This document shows positions 37,959-48,982 of a stretch of DNA of 64,000 nucleotides, piece after piece. The translations under genes were made by a program, and so were the position numbers. This DNA is from Spongospora subterranea f. sp. subterranea (taxonomy: Eukaryota). The DNA lies in contig JAUGWO010000104.1 in the NCBI GenBank assembly GCA_049724395.1, forward strand, positions 1 to 64,000, in the 5' to 3' direction. The notes under the pieces are model-generated. The model saw only the letters and a program-made list of their open reading frames with translations, made no database searches and was not told the DNA's origin. Each line of letters begins with the position of its first letter. The stretch's first letter is position 1.

Positions 37959-39306
37959 TCAATCAGTCTGATTTCTTCTCTGTATGAGCCACTGAATAAT
38001 CCTGTCAGATGCTTTGTTCGCCATGTACTTCTTCGTGCATATGGTAATGGAATTTGCTGTATTGCCACTACGATCGAAAATACTGCTGGCGTAGATGAAC
38101 AGCCACGGATTTTGGAGTTCTTCACATGGAAGAGATGATTTGCCGAGATTCGCTTCATCTCTTGTAGCTACTGTCCTCCAATACTGACCAATCAAATATC
38201 TGTAGGATACTTCATCCATGTTGCTCAAATCAGAGTCGATCATCGGCTTAGCAAATGCAAATATGATACGTATTAGACCTGAAAATGATGAAATTGTGCT
38301 TGCCACAACTCGAGATAAGGTCACAGGCAAAACTGATTGTGTTGGTTCCGGTTTGCCACATTGCACACCATTCAGCGAGATTCCTGATATCGACAAATAC
38401 TTGCTAGCGAAAAGAGATTTGAAAGTTAGAGCAGCAGCATGGCCTGCTTCGTGACCAACTAAAACAGCGTTGGCTCTAGCGGCACCGCCAGGTGGAAGCT
38501 CCGCGTTGAAAACACGCTCAATATTAAAAGCGTCTTGGAATTGAGAAAGCTGCTGTGGTGATGGCGGTGACAAACCAGTTCCAGGGAGATCATATGCGCA
38601 TACTCGGGTGTGGTCAGATAGGAGGTCAATATAGTGAGATAGTGCAGGAGAAGGGACTGAATATGAGCTAGTCATAACGATCAATGTGTTGTCTGTGATA
38701 TCTCCTTTACACCAATAGTGAATTGGTACTTGGCCGTCGTTCGTGAAAAATTTAGGAGGAAAACGGTACAGCTGGTATGTTCCCAGAATGGAATCGGTAA
38801 ACGCGGATAAGGCGACGGAACTGAGCAGAAAAACGAATGATATATGTGCCCAAGGGCGTTGCACATAGCTTGTTTGGTTGTAAATTTTGACTGAAGAAAT
38901 ATGACATACAATAGCTATCATGAGTGTGAATACGATATCTGATAGAATGTCAAGCTGAAATGGGATTTTCAAGAGCAATATGCTCGAAGCGACGGCGCGC
39001 AGAGCGCATGATAACGCCACGATGGCGAAGGGTACTTTCAATGGATGAGTAGATATAAGCCTTGAACTGGCGATGACAATTAGGATCCATGCAAACCCTA
39101 ATGTAACCGAGACATTCAGTCAAGAACTGCACCTGAATGCACAGGTCATTTCACTGCTAGAGCTTACCTAAACTGAGGTTATATGTAGCTAATAGTATCA
39201 AGAAGCAAATAACAATGATGATAAACACCAGGAGGGGTGAAGAGCGTTTGAGCTTCAGGAAACAATGTGCAGTTTTCAGTTGAAAATGGCTTGATGATGA
39301 CAACAT
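37959..39306 (-). CDS. Multi-pass membrane protein with C-terminal alpha/beta-hydrolase-like domain, 2 exons
   Basis: Several N-terminal hydrophobic segments, then [20 protein letters not shown] and VLVGHEAG at the nucleophile elbow. Confidence 0.7.
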
Positions 39307-39938
39307 GATGCAATCCAAACAATGACCAACCCAAAGCCTGAGACCGACAAGTACCTCTGCATCGGCCGCTAAACTGCCAGACTGCAGGACAACATGTCAC
39401 ATGCAATTCATGAGTTCATGCAACGGAATTGCCTGCTCGTCATGAGACATGCCGGTTACTATGACTATGGGGCAATTGCGTCGGACAAGCATCAGGACGA
39501 ATGCGCTGTGAAGAGAGATATTGAGTCTAGCGTATTCCCCCTGAAGGTGGAGCTATAGATTGGACTCATGCCCGCTGGAGTCATCGTTTGCATTGAAGAG
39601 AGGCGGTTCAGTTAACAGAATGAATTTTGAAATGAAGAAGATCTAACGAGAGCTGAGCCATGGCGTGGTAATGTAAATCAGTGCCCCCTGTTAAGACATC
39701 CCCTGTCAGAGCAGGGCCTCCTCCCATTGTCAATAATCCACCCTGCGCCACTCGTGCAGAGATTAGCTTGGTACCCGTCGTAACATCATCTGGTCCTACA
39801 CCCCTTTACATGGTGTCTCTTCATTATTATTATTATTATTATTCTCCTTATCGACGAGAGTGGGGTGTCGTCGCCTTCGATGATCATAGCCTGATCGGTA
39901 CGGCTTCATTCACAGTATCAGAATAAATCTGTACATCC

Positions 39939-42900
39939 ATGTCCTCGGCTGTTTCCGTTCCGGTTCTTCGTCAGGTTCTCAATGAGGACGATACGAACCA
40001 AATATTCAAGAAGGGCAAAGTATTATCTGAGAGAACTGGGGATATTGTTCGCCGAGATAAAGCGTGCACCCTATATGATCGGCTAATTCAGCACTCATCG
40101 TTGTTAACTGATGCCCAACGTGAGGTAAGAGGCATTTCTCATGAACTGGCTTTGGTTTGACGTATGCGAAATTGATACGAGGAATTACTCCAGGAATTTA
40201 ATCAAGCTGGAGGCGGAAAGGCCCTATATTGTATATGTACAATTGGACCTCACGCCTTAGACAAGAATGGGCTTTTGAATATGAGGTGAGATTGTATTCT
40301 AGTTTCTGTTTGTAACTCAATTAATTGATTAGGATGGGTGCAGATTCCCGTAGTAAACCCTGTGAATGTCCATGTTCGCAATGCAGCGCTAGACGAGGCT
40401 CAGAGCACTCTCAGTTCCTGGTTGGCGTTATGTATTCTCAAGGGTTCGGGGCAGTGAAAAACATGAACCAAGCGTTCCATTGGTTCAGTCAAGCTGCTAA
40501 CAAGGAGTGTCTCCCTGCTATGTTCGCCCTCGGCTACATGTACGATAATGGCCTGGGCGTCAGGCAAAATTACGACGAAGCTATGCTCTGGTATACGCGA
40601 GCAGCCAATAGCGGATATGCTGCTGCCAAGTTTCAGCTGGGCTGTATGTATGAGATGGGTCTTGGAGTCCAGGCTAGCTTTTCGTCAGCCCTTGATCTGT
40701 GGAGCGAAGCTGCACAGAAGAAGTATTTGCCAGCTATGCTTCGGCTGGCGTATGTGTTCAAACACGGTGAAGGTGTTGAGCAAAATCTAGCGGAGGCAGG
40801 CGTCCTGTATAAACAAGCGGCTAAAATGGGAGATGCTGCTGCTCAAACTACTGTCGGATTCATGTACGAGCAAGGGCATGGTTTCAAACAGGATTATCGG
40901 CAGGCATTAAAATGGTATACCATGGCTGCAGAGGCTGGTGACCTGACGGCGCAAGCGAATTTAGCTAGTATGTATGAGCGAGGGTGTGGTGTGGAGCGAG
41001 ATTTAGAAAAAGCGCTATACTGGTTTGAGTTGGCTGCCCAACAAAATGATTCCACAGCCCAGCTCATTCTTGGCACAATGTATGAAAGAATTGAGGTTAA
41101 TCCATCCACATCGTGCTTCTGAATGATTCACCTATATGTACCAATCCAGGATTATTTTCGAGCGTTTTCTTGGTTTGAGCACGCGGCTGAGCAAGCTAAT
41201 CCAGAGAGGCACAACGTAGAGTGGCCGATATGCTGATAAGAGGACAAGGTGTTGATGTTGACGTTTCGAGGGCAATATTCTGGTATGAACATGCCGCCGA
41301 TGGAGGAGATGTCGAAGCTATGATAAGCCTAGGGTGCATGTATGACGATGGAGTGCTAGTTCGTCGAGATGTAGAAAAATCGTTTCGATATTTTGAAACT
41401 GGGACGGTAGCCGGGAACCCGTATTGCCAATTTCGGACAGGGCAAATGATTGAAAGAGGTCAAGGTGTACGAGCGAATCCAAAAGATGCTTTGCACTATT
41501 ATAAACTCAGCGCTGCTGCCGACGAACCTGCTGTAAGCCCAAGAGGTTCCATCATTATACCTAATGTTCAACTTGTGATAGGCGATATTGGCATTAGGGC
41601 ACCTCTACGAACATGGATCACTTGTACCTGAGGATTTACCAAGAGCAATATCTTTATTCAATCGTGCCATCCAGCTGGGATTACCCGACGCTAACGCTGC
41701 GTTAGGCTCTTTGTATTTGAAAGGTCGCGGAGTGGAAAAAGACGTTAGGAAGGCTATAGAATTATATGAACAGGCCGCTGCAGCTGGCTGTGCTGAAGCC
41801 GATTATTGTCTCGGTTTTCTGTTTAAGTCTGGTTCTGACGGGGTTCCTCCCAATCTTGATCGAAGTGTTAAACATTTCACGTTGGCTGCCAAAGCTGGCG
41901 ATGACCGCTCACAGTTTAGCTTAGGTTGCATGTATAAGAAGGGATTAAGTGTGGTGCAAAGTTTTGAGACTGCAGCGTACTGGTTCAAAAAAGCAGCAAA
42001 AGCTGGTGATGATCGGGCTCAAGCATCGTTGGGTCGACTATACGAAACAGGAAAAGGGCTGCCCATCGATTATAAAAAGGCGATGGTGTGGTATGAAAGG
42101 GCTGCATCTCAAGGGAACGTCAAGAGCATGGTTAGTTTGGGGTCCCTGTACGAAAAAGGCTTGGGTGCAAAAGTCAATTTGGAACAAGCCGTCAAGTTTT
42201 ATGGGCAAGCTGCTGCTGCCGGCTGGGCCGAAGGTCAATGCGCTCTTGGAGTCATGTTTGACCATGGTCGGGGTGTCAAGCAGTCATACAAAAAGGCATA
42301 CGCTTTATATTTACAGGCTGCCCAACAACACTATCCAAAGGCCATGTTCTACCTAGCATATATGCTCCAATATGGCCAAGGGGTGGAAAAGAATGTTCAG
42401 GACTCTTTGAAGTGGTACAAGGCGGCTGCCGAAGCCAACGATCCCGATGCAGCATTTCATCTAGCTAGGTTGCTGGAAGAAGGGGGCGCAGGATCGGGGC
42501 AGAGTCAACAGGCACATAAATGGTACGTAACCGCAGCTCAAGCAGGCCATGCTGGGGCGATCGACCGTCTCAAAGAGATGGGATCCTCAATCAGCGGGAT
42601 ATCGACAGTGAAACCAAAGGACGTCAGTCGTTTAGCTATGAATATGCCTAAGCAAACTCGATATCAGCAACAACCAGCAGCATCGACATCATATCACGTC
42701 AGAGGACGGCACAGTTTTGACGATGAAAGCGAGCCAGCAGTACATCAGCGTGCAGCGGTACCAAATCAGGGTTCCACTGCCTTTCCAACTGCTATTTCAG
42801 CTTCCAGAACAGGGAGCAATGTCACCACCACAGGCAAATCCAGGACACACCAAGTTACTACCGGTAGTCAGGATTTTGCTTCAGCTCCACGAATTGATTC

Positions 42901-43045
42901 ATCGACGACTCCGCCAACTGCCCCTTTGGACGCAAATCCAGTTAGTAGGCAACTGGTCGGGCGAATGCGAACTCTGTGGGGAGATCAGTGGACAAATCCA
43001 GAATCAAATGACGGAACAAGCACTAAGATAGATGGTCAATCGTAA
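39939..43045 (+). CDS. Sel1-like repeat protein (about 19 repeats), multi-exon (apparent 2-nt frameshift near 41205)
   Basis: Repeated AxxxLGxMYxxGxGVxxDxxxAxxWYxxAAxxG, followed by a low-complexity S/T-rich tail. Confidence 0.9.
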
Positions 43046-43194
43046 TAGGACCCAATAATAATGCAAAACAAATTACTTATTAAAGCATATATTGGGGTCG
43101 CATCACATTTGGACAATGTTTGTATTGTTATTTGATGTTAAGCGGAAGGAAATCACACAATGAATAATTCGTGCATCATAATCCCGTTGGTTGG

Positions 43195-44448
43195 TTATGA
43201 CACAAAAGGCAGATCGTTGAGAAATCGTTTGATCATGTCGAAGGCGTGTGATGGCTGATCAGCTGGAACCATGTGGCCAGCATTCATGACCAGAACATGG
43301 GTTAGACTGGACCCGGATCTCACATACCCTGCTACGGTCCCATCCACCTTCCACTCGACATTTTCCCCATTCAGATATTCCCTTTGGCCATCCCACTCCA
43401 GATATCCTTCCAGCATTGTCTCCACCCCAATGTAATTGCATATCCAATCGAACTGGCCATTGAACAGCAACACCCGACTATGCCTCACTACTTCCTGTAA
43501 ATACTGAAGGGACGAAACCATATCATCCGCCCGCAAGGCATCAAACACAGATTTCCCATCGTCTTCATTGAAAATTTTATCGCCAACATGTAGCGCTTGG
43601 CGAACTTCGGGAAGTGTGAGCCATTTGTCGAACGGCAATGGCAAGTCTGCTTGGCCACTGAAATCCCTAACATCATATGGAGAGAAGCTGCCACCGCTTC
43701 CGTAGATGAATTCAGCGACTTGATCCCATGCTTGGGTGGACTCCAGCATCCTTCCTTTCTCCATCAGCTCCATGACCTTTTCCATCAACCTGTCCGCCTT
43801 CCTTTTCTGCTCAGCGTTTAGCAAACCATGGTGATGAGCGTGGTCGGTATAGCCTGGGATTTGCGCCTCAGGATGGGTCCATGGCCCACATAATGCGATT
43901 CCCTCCAGGTTGATCATGGCATCTTCCCCATTCGCCTGCTCATTCCACTTGATGATATGATAGGCAATCGTCGGTATGTATTTGCCAGCGTACGATTCCC
44001 CGGTTAAAAACAGATCGCAGGCTTGATATTCAGGAAATTTTTTGTAAAACAAGGTCAGGAATCGAATGAAATCTTGAGCACCTTCCTTGTCGTTTCTCAC
44101 ATACCGATTTGGGTCGTTGGTATAAGAGAAACCGGTTCCGACGGGATAGTCGACAAACATTAGATGAGCATGTTGATGCCAGGAATATGGGTTAGAGGAA
44201 AGATTCAATTGTTCATCAACAGTGTATGGCCCGATGTTTTCAGCGAACAGCCCATAAAGAGATGATGAACCTGGACCGCCTTGTAGCCAGATAACCAGAG
44301 GTGTTCGCTTCAGTGGTATGTCGGAGTTGCTGCTCTGAAATAACCAGAAGAACAGGTTCGACTGTGTATAGTCTTCAACGGTGATGAATCCCGAGTATTG
44401 CGGGTGATGCGGGACTCCAAACCCTGGCAAATACGTAACTTGTGCCAT
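43195..44448 (-). CDS. Serine carboxypeptidase, family S10, intronless
   Basis: YSGFITV, LFFW, WLQGGPGSSS, NPYSW, VDYPVGTGFSY, GESYAGKY (Ser), GQFDWIC (Asp), NAGHMVP (His). Confidence 0.95.
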   Translation of the reverse strand: MAQVTYLPGFGVPHHPQYSGFITVEDYTQSNLFFWLFQSSNSDIPLKRTPLVIWLQGGPGSSSLYGLFAENIGPYTVDEQLNLSSNPYSWHQHAHLMFVDYPVGTGFSYTNDPNRYVRNDKEGAQDFIRFLTLFYKKFPEYQACDLFLTGESYAGKYIPTIAYHIIKWNEQANGEDAMINLEGIALCGPWTHPEAQIPGYTDHAHHHGLLNAEQKRKADRLMEKVMELMEKGRMLESTQAWDQVAEFIYGSGGSFSPYDVRDFSGQADLPLPFDKWLTLPEVRQALHVGDKIFNEDDGKSVFDALRADDMVSSLQYLQEVVRHSRVLLFNGQFDWICNYIGVETMLEGYLEWDGQREYLNGENVEWKVDGTVAGYVRSGSSLTHVLVMNAGHMVPADQPSHAFDMIKRFLNDLPFVS

Positions 44449-44816
44449 GATGTCTTCGCAATTTCGCGTCGGGTTTGTCACGGTGACTGGACGGCGGTGA
44501 CGATTTTTACCAGAGAAATACTTAAGTTGTGAGGACAAGCGAGCGAACTGTACAAAAACGACTGGTCCACGGTACGGGTTGAAACGGTCAAAGGTCCGCC
44601 CCCGGTCGGAGGTTTGTCCTTCGGCCGACCGGGTCGATTATCGCTCCAGTCCACAGTCAATGGGACGCATTTTTGGACTCTTGTGAATATATATAAATAA
44701 ACATCTCCGCACTCTACTGAACTGCATGCTTGTCCATTAGAGAAACTTTGGATAGAATTCAGCCCATGTTCAACCGTCTACGACAGAAAACAGTGACAAA
44801 ATGTCTTAAATATGAA

Positions 44817-46608
44817 TTATTTTCTTGTATTTTTTTTATTGGCTTTGGCAAGCTGCTTATTCCTCAGATCTTGCCATGCATCAACATCGAAATAATGTGA
44901 CATCTGCCTGCCGGCTGAATCATCTGGCAATCCAGCAGCTTCCCAGTGACTAGAAAATATAATAAGACGACCATTAACTTAAAAGTAGAACAGTGGTACC
45001 TCTGATCAGGACCGGTCTGTCTAAAGCGTTTTCCTCGGGAGATAAAAGCAGCAACTTTGAATTTCTATATCATCTTGTTTGTTGATACCACAGAGTTCAG
45101 GGAAGTTTTGCAAGTTGTCAAAAGTGTGAGAGGCTGACGATCGGATTCTCAGCGTTGGAGGTAGTAATCCTTCACGAAACCATGATGAGATTCGAGACGT
45201 TGTAAACGGTCCTGACAAGAACAGTAAAGCACAATCGTGAACGCAACCTCGAAAAAATCACCTTGCTCCTGGCCGGCAGAATCGATATAGTACCAACCGT
45301 GAACAGAATCCTCTGGGACCTGAACATTCCATTGTAGTGGGGCTGGAGGTCGATGAGCTGCCCACCCAGGACAAGGCTGGCGATTTGCGAAAATTGTGAA
45401 CATAGTCTCGTCACAGCTGCGGATTTTGACAGCTGAACAAACCGAATACATAATTCAGTCTAAAAAATGTTCTCACGAATAGGGTGGGCTTACCGGGACT
45501 GATTAACTGTTTATCAAACCAAGCCCGCATATGTTTTGAGGGAAATGGCCCCTGCTCTTCCCCATTATCATCAATATAAAACCAGGTCAACGATTCTTCT
45601 GCTTCAGCAGCAGCGGCAGCCTCTGCAGCAGGATTTCGAACAGGGATAGGAGGACGGTTGAAAACCTCAAGGAAGTCCTCTCCTAATGGCTCAAAATCAT
45701 ACCCACCGACAATCCGAACCTAACACAATAAGCACGTTTACGGAAAGAAAATACCCAGTACCTTGACGTGATTATGAAGAAACCCCAGCTTCGCCCAAGT
45801 AATCATTTGCTGGGCTGGAAACGGGCCTTGCTCATCTCCACAATCATCAATATAATACCATGAGCTCTCTGTAGCAGTGTCCTGCTTATCGTTTAAGAAA
45901 CTATCAGATGAAAACACAATCAAGATTTACAGCTTTAGGCACAGGTTTACTCATTTCTTCGATCTGTTCGTCTTCATCAAATTCATGAGGTGCATTATCA
46001 GTTGAACGAGTAACTCCGACAGCCGCTGCCGCATCTCTGAAAATCGCTGCATGGGTCCCAAGGAATCCGAAATCCTACAACCATGTTAAGAGTATTACAA
46101 AACAACAAGCGGAGCCTTTACCCGTTGAGACTTTGGCCGGACCATAACAGAAGCACTGAAATGCCCAGACACATACCATGATCCCATTGTGGACAACGGG
46201 AAAGGGCCTTGCTCTTCGCCTGAAATCCGATAGAAACCGTAATCAATGTCATGAGCAAAACACGGTGGAGCATTTCATAACATAAATTAAATGAGGCGCT
46301 ACGCTGAGAGTGAAATTGAACGAATTCTAGTGAATCTGTTCCGTACCGTCAGCGTCCAAATAAAACCATTCCTCTTTGCTAATATCATTTTTCTCCACAT
46401 TTACTGTATTGAACGCCTCAACCACCTGAGGTTTAGTAAACTCGGGAGCCGGTCGAATAGTGCTCAGCGGCTTAAAAATCGATTTGCGCTCGGTTCGAAC
46501 AAGCAAATCCGGTCTGAGCCATCCAACCGCGAACCAATCCGCCATATCCGACGTTGGGAACGGCCCTTGGACGATTCCGCTGTCGTCGACATAAAGCCAT
46601 TGCTGCAT
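44817..46608 (-). CDS. Protein with five tandem GYF domains and a C-terminal RQMSHYFD motif, multi-exon
   Basis: Five copies of W-x-Y-x-D-x-x-G-x-x-QGPF-x4-[MI]-x-x-W. An apparent 1-nt frameshift near 45062 precedes the tail. Confidence 0.85.
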
Positions 46609-46952
46609 ATCCGTCAACGATATAGCTGTGATACGCTGACGATATATAATATAATATGACAATGTCGGAACAATCACCGCCGTAGATGATGGGGTGTAAT
46701 GTGACAATAGGCCGCGCCGTCCTGGACACGATCATCCCCTTGACGGGGAATCCCCGGGCTCGGCCTCCCAACTGCCTATTGAAAAGCGGACACGGGACGA
46801 CACGCTGCATGAAATGGGCCTCGATGGGTTAATTCATCGCCGCGACCAACGGTTTTGTGTTAGCAGATAGGGTGTGCGCTCGAACCAGATTATGATTCGT
46901 AACTTTTCTAAGAAGCAATAAAGAGAATACTACGTACAGAAGTTTCCTTAAT

Positions 46953-47716
46953 TTATTGACTTGTTGCCTGCTCATCGCGCCTGTCCACAACGTACACAGG
47001 CTTCCCTGTTAAATTGATTCCAGAGTTAATCAGTGATGGAATGTGCATTGTTTGGCACATACGACGTGGGCAATCCACAATGATGTAGTTAAAGTCCAAT
47101 CCTCCAAACCAGCCAGACTGTTTCGCTTCAGCGAATACATCTCCTTGTGCATTTGGCCCACTAATATGATATTGCACCTAACCCATGATCATAGAATTAC
47201 CATTTGCCTCAAATGCGCCGTCCAGAAACAAATTACTTTGACGTGCTTGACACCGTCGACAACCTCTTGGTTATGTACCAACTGGCTTCTTCGTCTGGAT
47301 CCTTCGCCAAACGCTTTCATCGGTGTGCCAATAATTTTAATAACCTAAACACCATTGGCCTATGCTCAGGAAGGGCGACCAATCGTCCCATCCGCCCCTG
47401 ACCTCCTCATCTTCCCGAATTCGATCAAACGATTTATCCCGAACTTTATATGGACTTGATGGCGAAAACAGTGCACTACTGATAGAATACACGACCGCAC
47501 CAGTCAGGATTATGCTACCTCCAACAAACGCGAAGTTGACTGAGGTTTTGGCAACTAATGAAACGTATGATGAGTGATGGTGAACCATGACGATGGAGGT
47601 AGATCAACCACATCACAACCTTCCTTCACGGTCTGGATGGCATGTTGCCGAGATTCCGCCTTGGTTAACTGGTTCGTGGCGAACGACCTGCGGGCCAGAT
47701 GCACCAGGCGCGACAT
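46953..47716 (-). CDS. TIM21: Mitochondrial import translocase subunit TIM21, multi-exon
   Basis: Presequence MSRLVHLARRSFAT, single TM segment, LFSPSSPYKVRDKSFDRIR, IGTPMKAFGEGSRR, YHISGPNAQGDVFAE, FNYIIVD. Confidence 0.85.
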
Positions 47717-47962
47717 GATGTTCGTGTACTAGGGACAACGACAAAACCAGTGTAAGGGCGAACTCCGGTCTCCGTCACGGGCATCATGGCAGGAAGGGTG
47801 TGTGTAGAGGCCGACGACAATGCATTAAGGCCAAATCATCCCTAGGGACGGCCGACCATTTGGTGATCGCTGACGTTTGCAAAAACATAGACTCATTACG
47901 ATCTGATGTTCTTTATAAATGAACGTTGAAACTGCATTGGGTATATATGGGGTTGATCGCGA

Positions 47963-48982
47963 CTACACTAGAGGCGATAGCTGACAGATCAGACGATGAG
48001 ATCGTAGGCCACCCGCTTGAGTAAAACTCTTGCCGCACATCTCACAGGAATGGGGTTTCCCGCCGGAATGGATCAGCAGGTGGGTCTTGAGGCTGCCGGA
48101 TTGCGAGAACGCCTTGTCGCAGACCTGGCAAACATGTGGTTTACGGCCACTGTGGATCATATGATGCGTTCGCAGGCTATCTTGACGGCCGAACGATTTC
48201 CCACATACGCTGCAGATGTGAGGTTTATCACCGGAATGGGTGATCAGATGCGCTTTCAGGTTTCCGGATTGCGAGAACGCTTTGCCGCACGTGTCGCACG
48301 TATGGGGTTTGTCGCCGGTATGTGTTAGCGCATGGTGCTTGAGGCTATCAGATCGGGCGAACCGTTTGCCACATTCCTCGCATGTATGGGGCTTATCGCC
48401 AGAATGAGTCCGTAAATGGGTTTTGAGATTTCCTGATTGAGCGAATCGATTGCCACACAGTGTGCACATGAACGGTTTCTCGCCTGAATGTGTGAACATG
48501 TGGTTTTTCAGATGACCGGGCCTGGCGAAACACTTTTTGCAAAGACTACAGTAGTAGGGTTTATCTCCAGAATGGGCGAGCATATGGGTCTTGAGGCTGC
48601 CGGATTGGGAAAAACACTTGCCGCACACTTCGCAGGTATGGGGTTTGTCGCCAGAATGGGTTAGCATATGAATCTTGAGATTGCCCGACTGGGCGAACGA
48701 CTTGTCGCATTGGTGGCATGCGAACGGCCTCTCCCCAGAATGAATCAGTTTGTGTGTCTTCAGCCCGGCCGGTCTTGAGAACATTCTACTGCACAGATCG
48801 CAGCCATAGGGTTTATCTTTGGAAGGGCATTTTTGTATTTTATCAGTGTCGATCGGCGGCACCTCAGCGGACATGGCGACTTCGCCACCGCCATCGTTGA
48901 TACTGACGCTGTCGTTTACGTGGATGGCGGAATCAGAAATAATGGAATCGGGAAGTATGGCAAGATCAGGTGGTGCGTCCAT
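47963..48982 (-). CDS. Kruppel-type C2H2 zinc-finger protein, 10 tandem fingers, intronless
   Basis: Nine CxxC..F..L..HxxxH fingers plus a final C2HC finger, joined by SG(D/E)KP-type linkers. Confidence 0.93.
   Translation of the reverse strand: MDAPPDLAILPDSIISDSAIHVNDSVSINDGGGEVAMSAEVPPIDTDKIQKCPSKDKPYGCDLCSRMFSRPAGLKTHKLIHSGERPFACHQCDKSFAQSGNLKIHMLTHSGDKPHTCEVCGKCFSQSGSLKTHMLAHSGDKPYYCSLCKKCFARPGHLKNHMFTHSGEKPFMCTLCGNRFAQSGNLKTHLRTHSGDKPHTCEECGKRFARSDSLKHHALTHTGDKPHTCDTCGKAFSQSGNLKAHLITHSGDKPHICSVCGKSFGRQDSLRTHHMIHSGRKPHVCQVCDKAFSQSGSLKTHLLIHSGGKPHSCEMCGKSFTQAGGLRSHRLICQLSPLV

Noticed and set aside
39824..39843. (TAT)n microsatellite upstream of the Sel1 gene
   Set aside because: Short and ordinary; the poly-Tyr ORF over it has no support.
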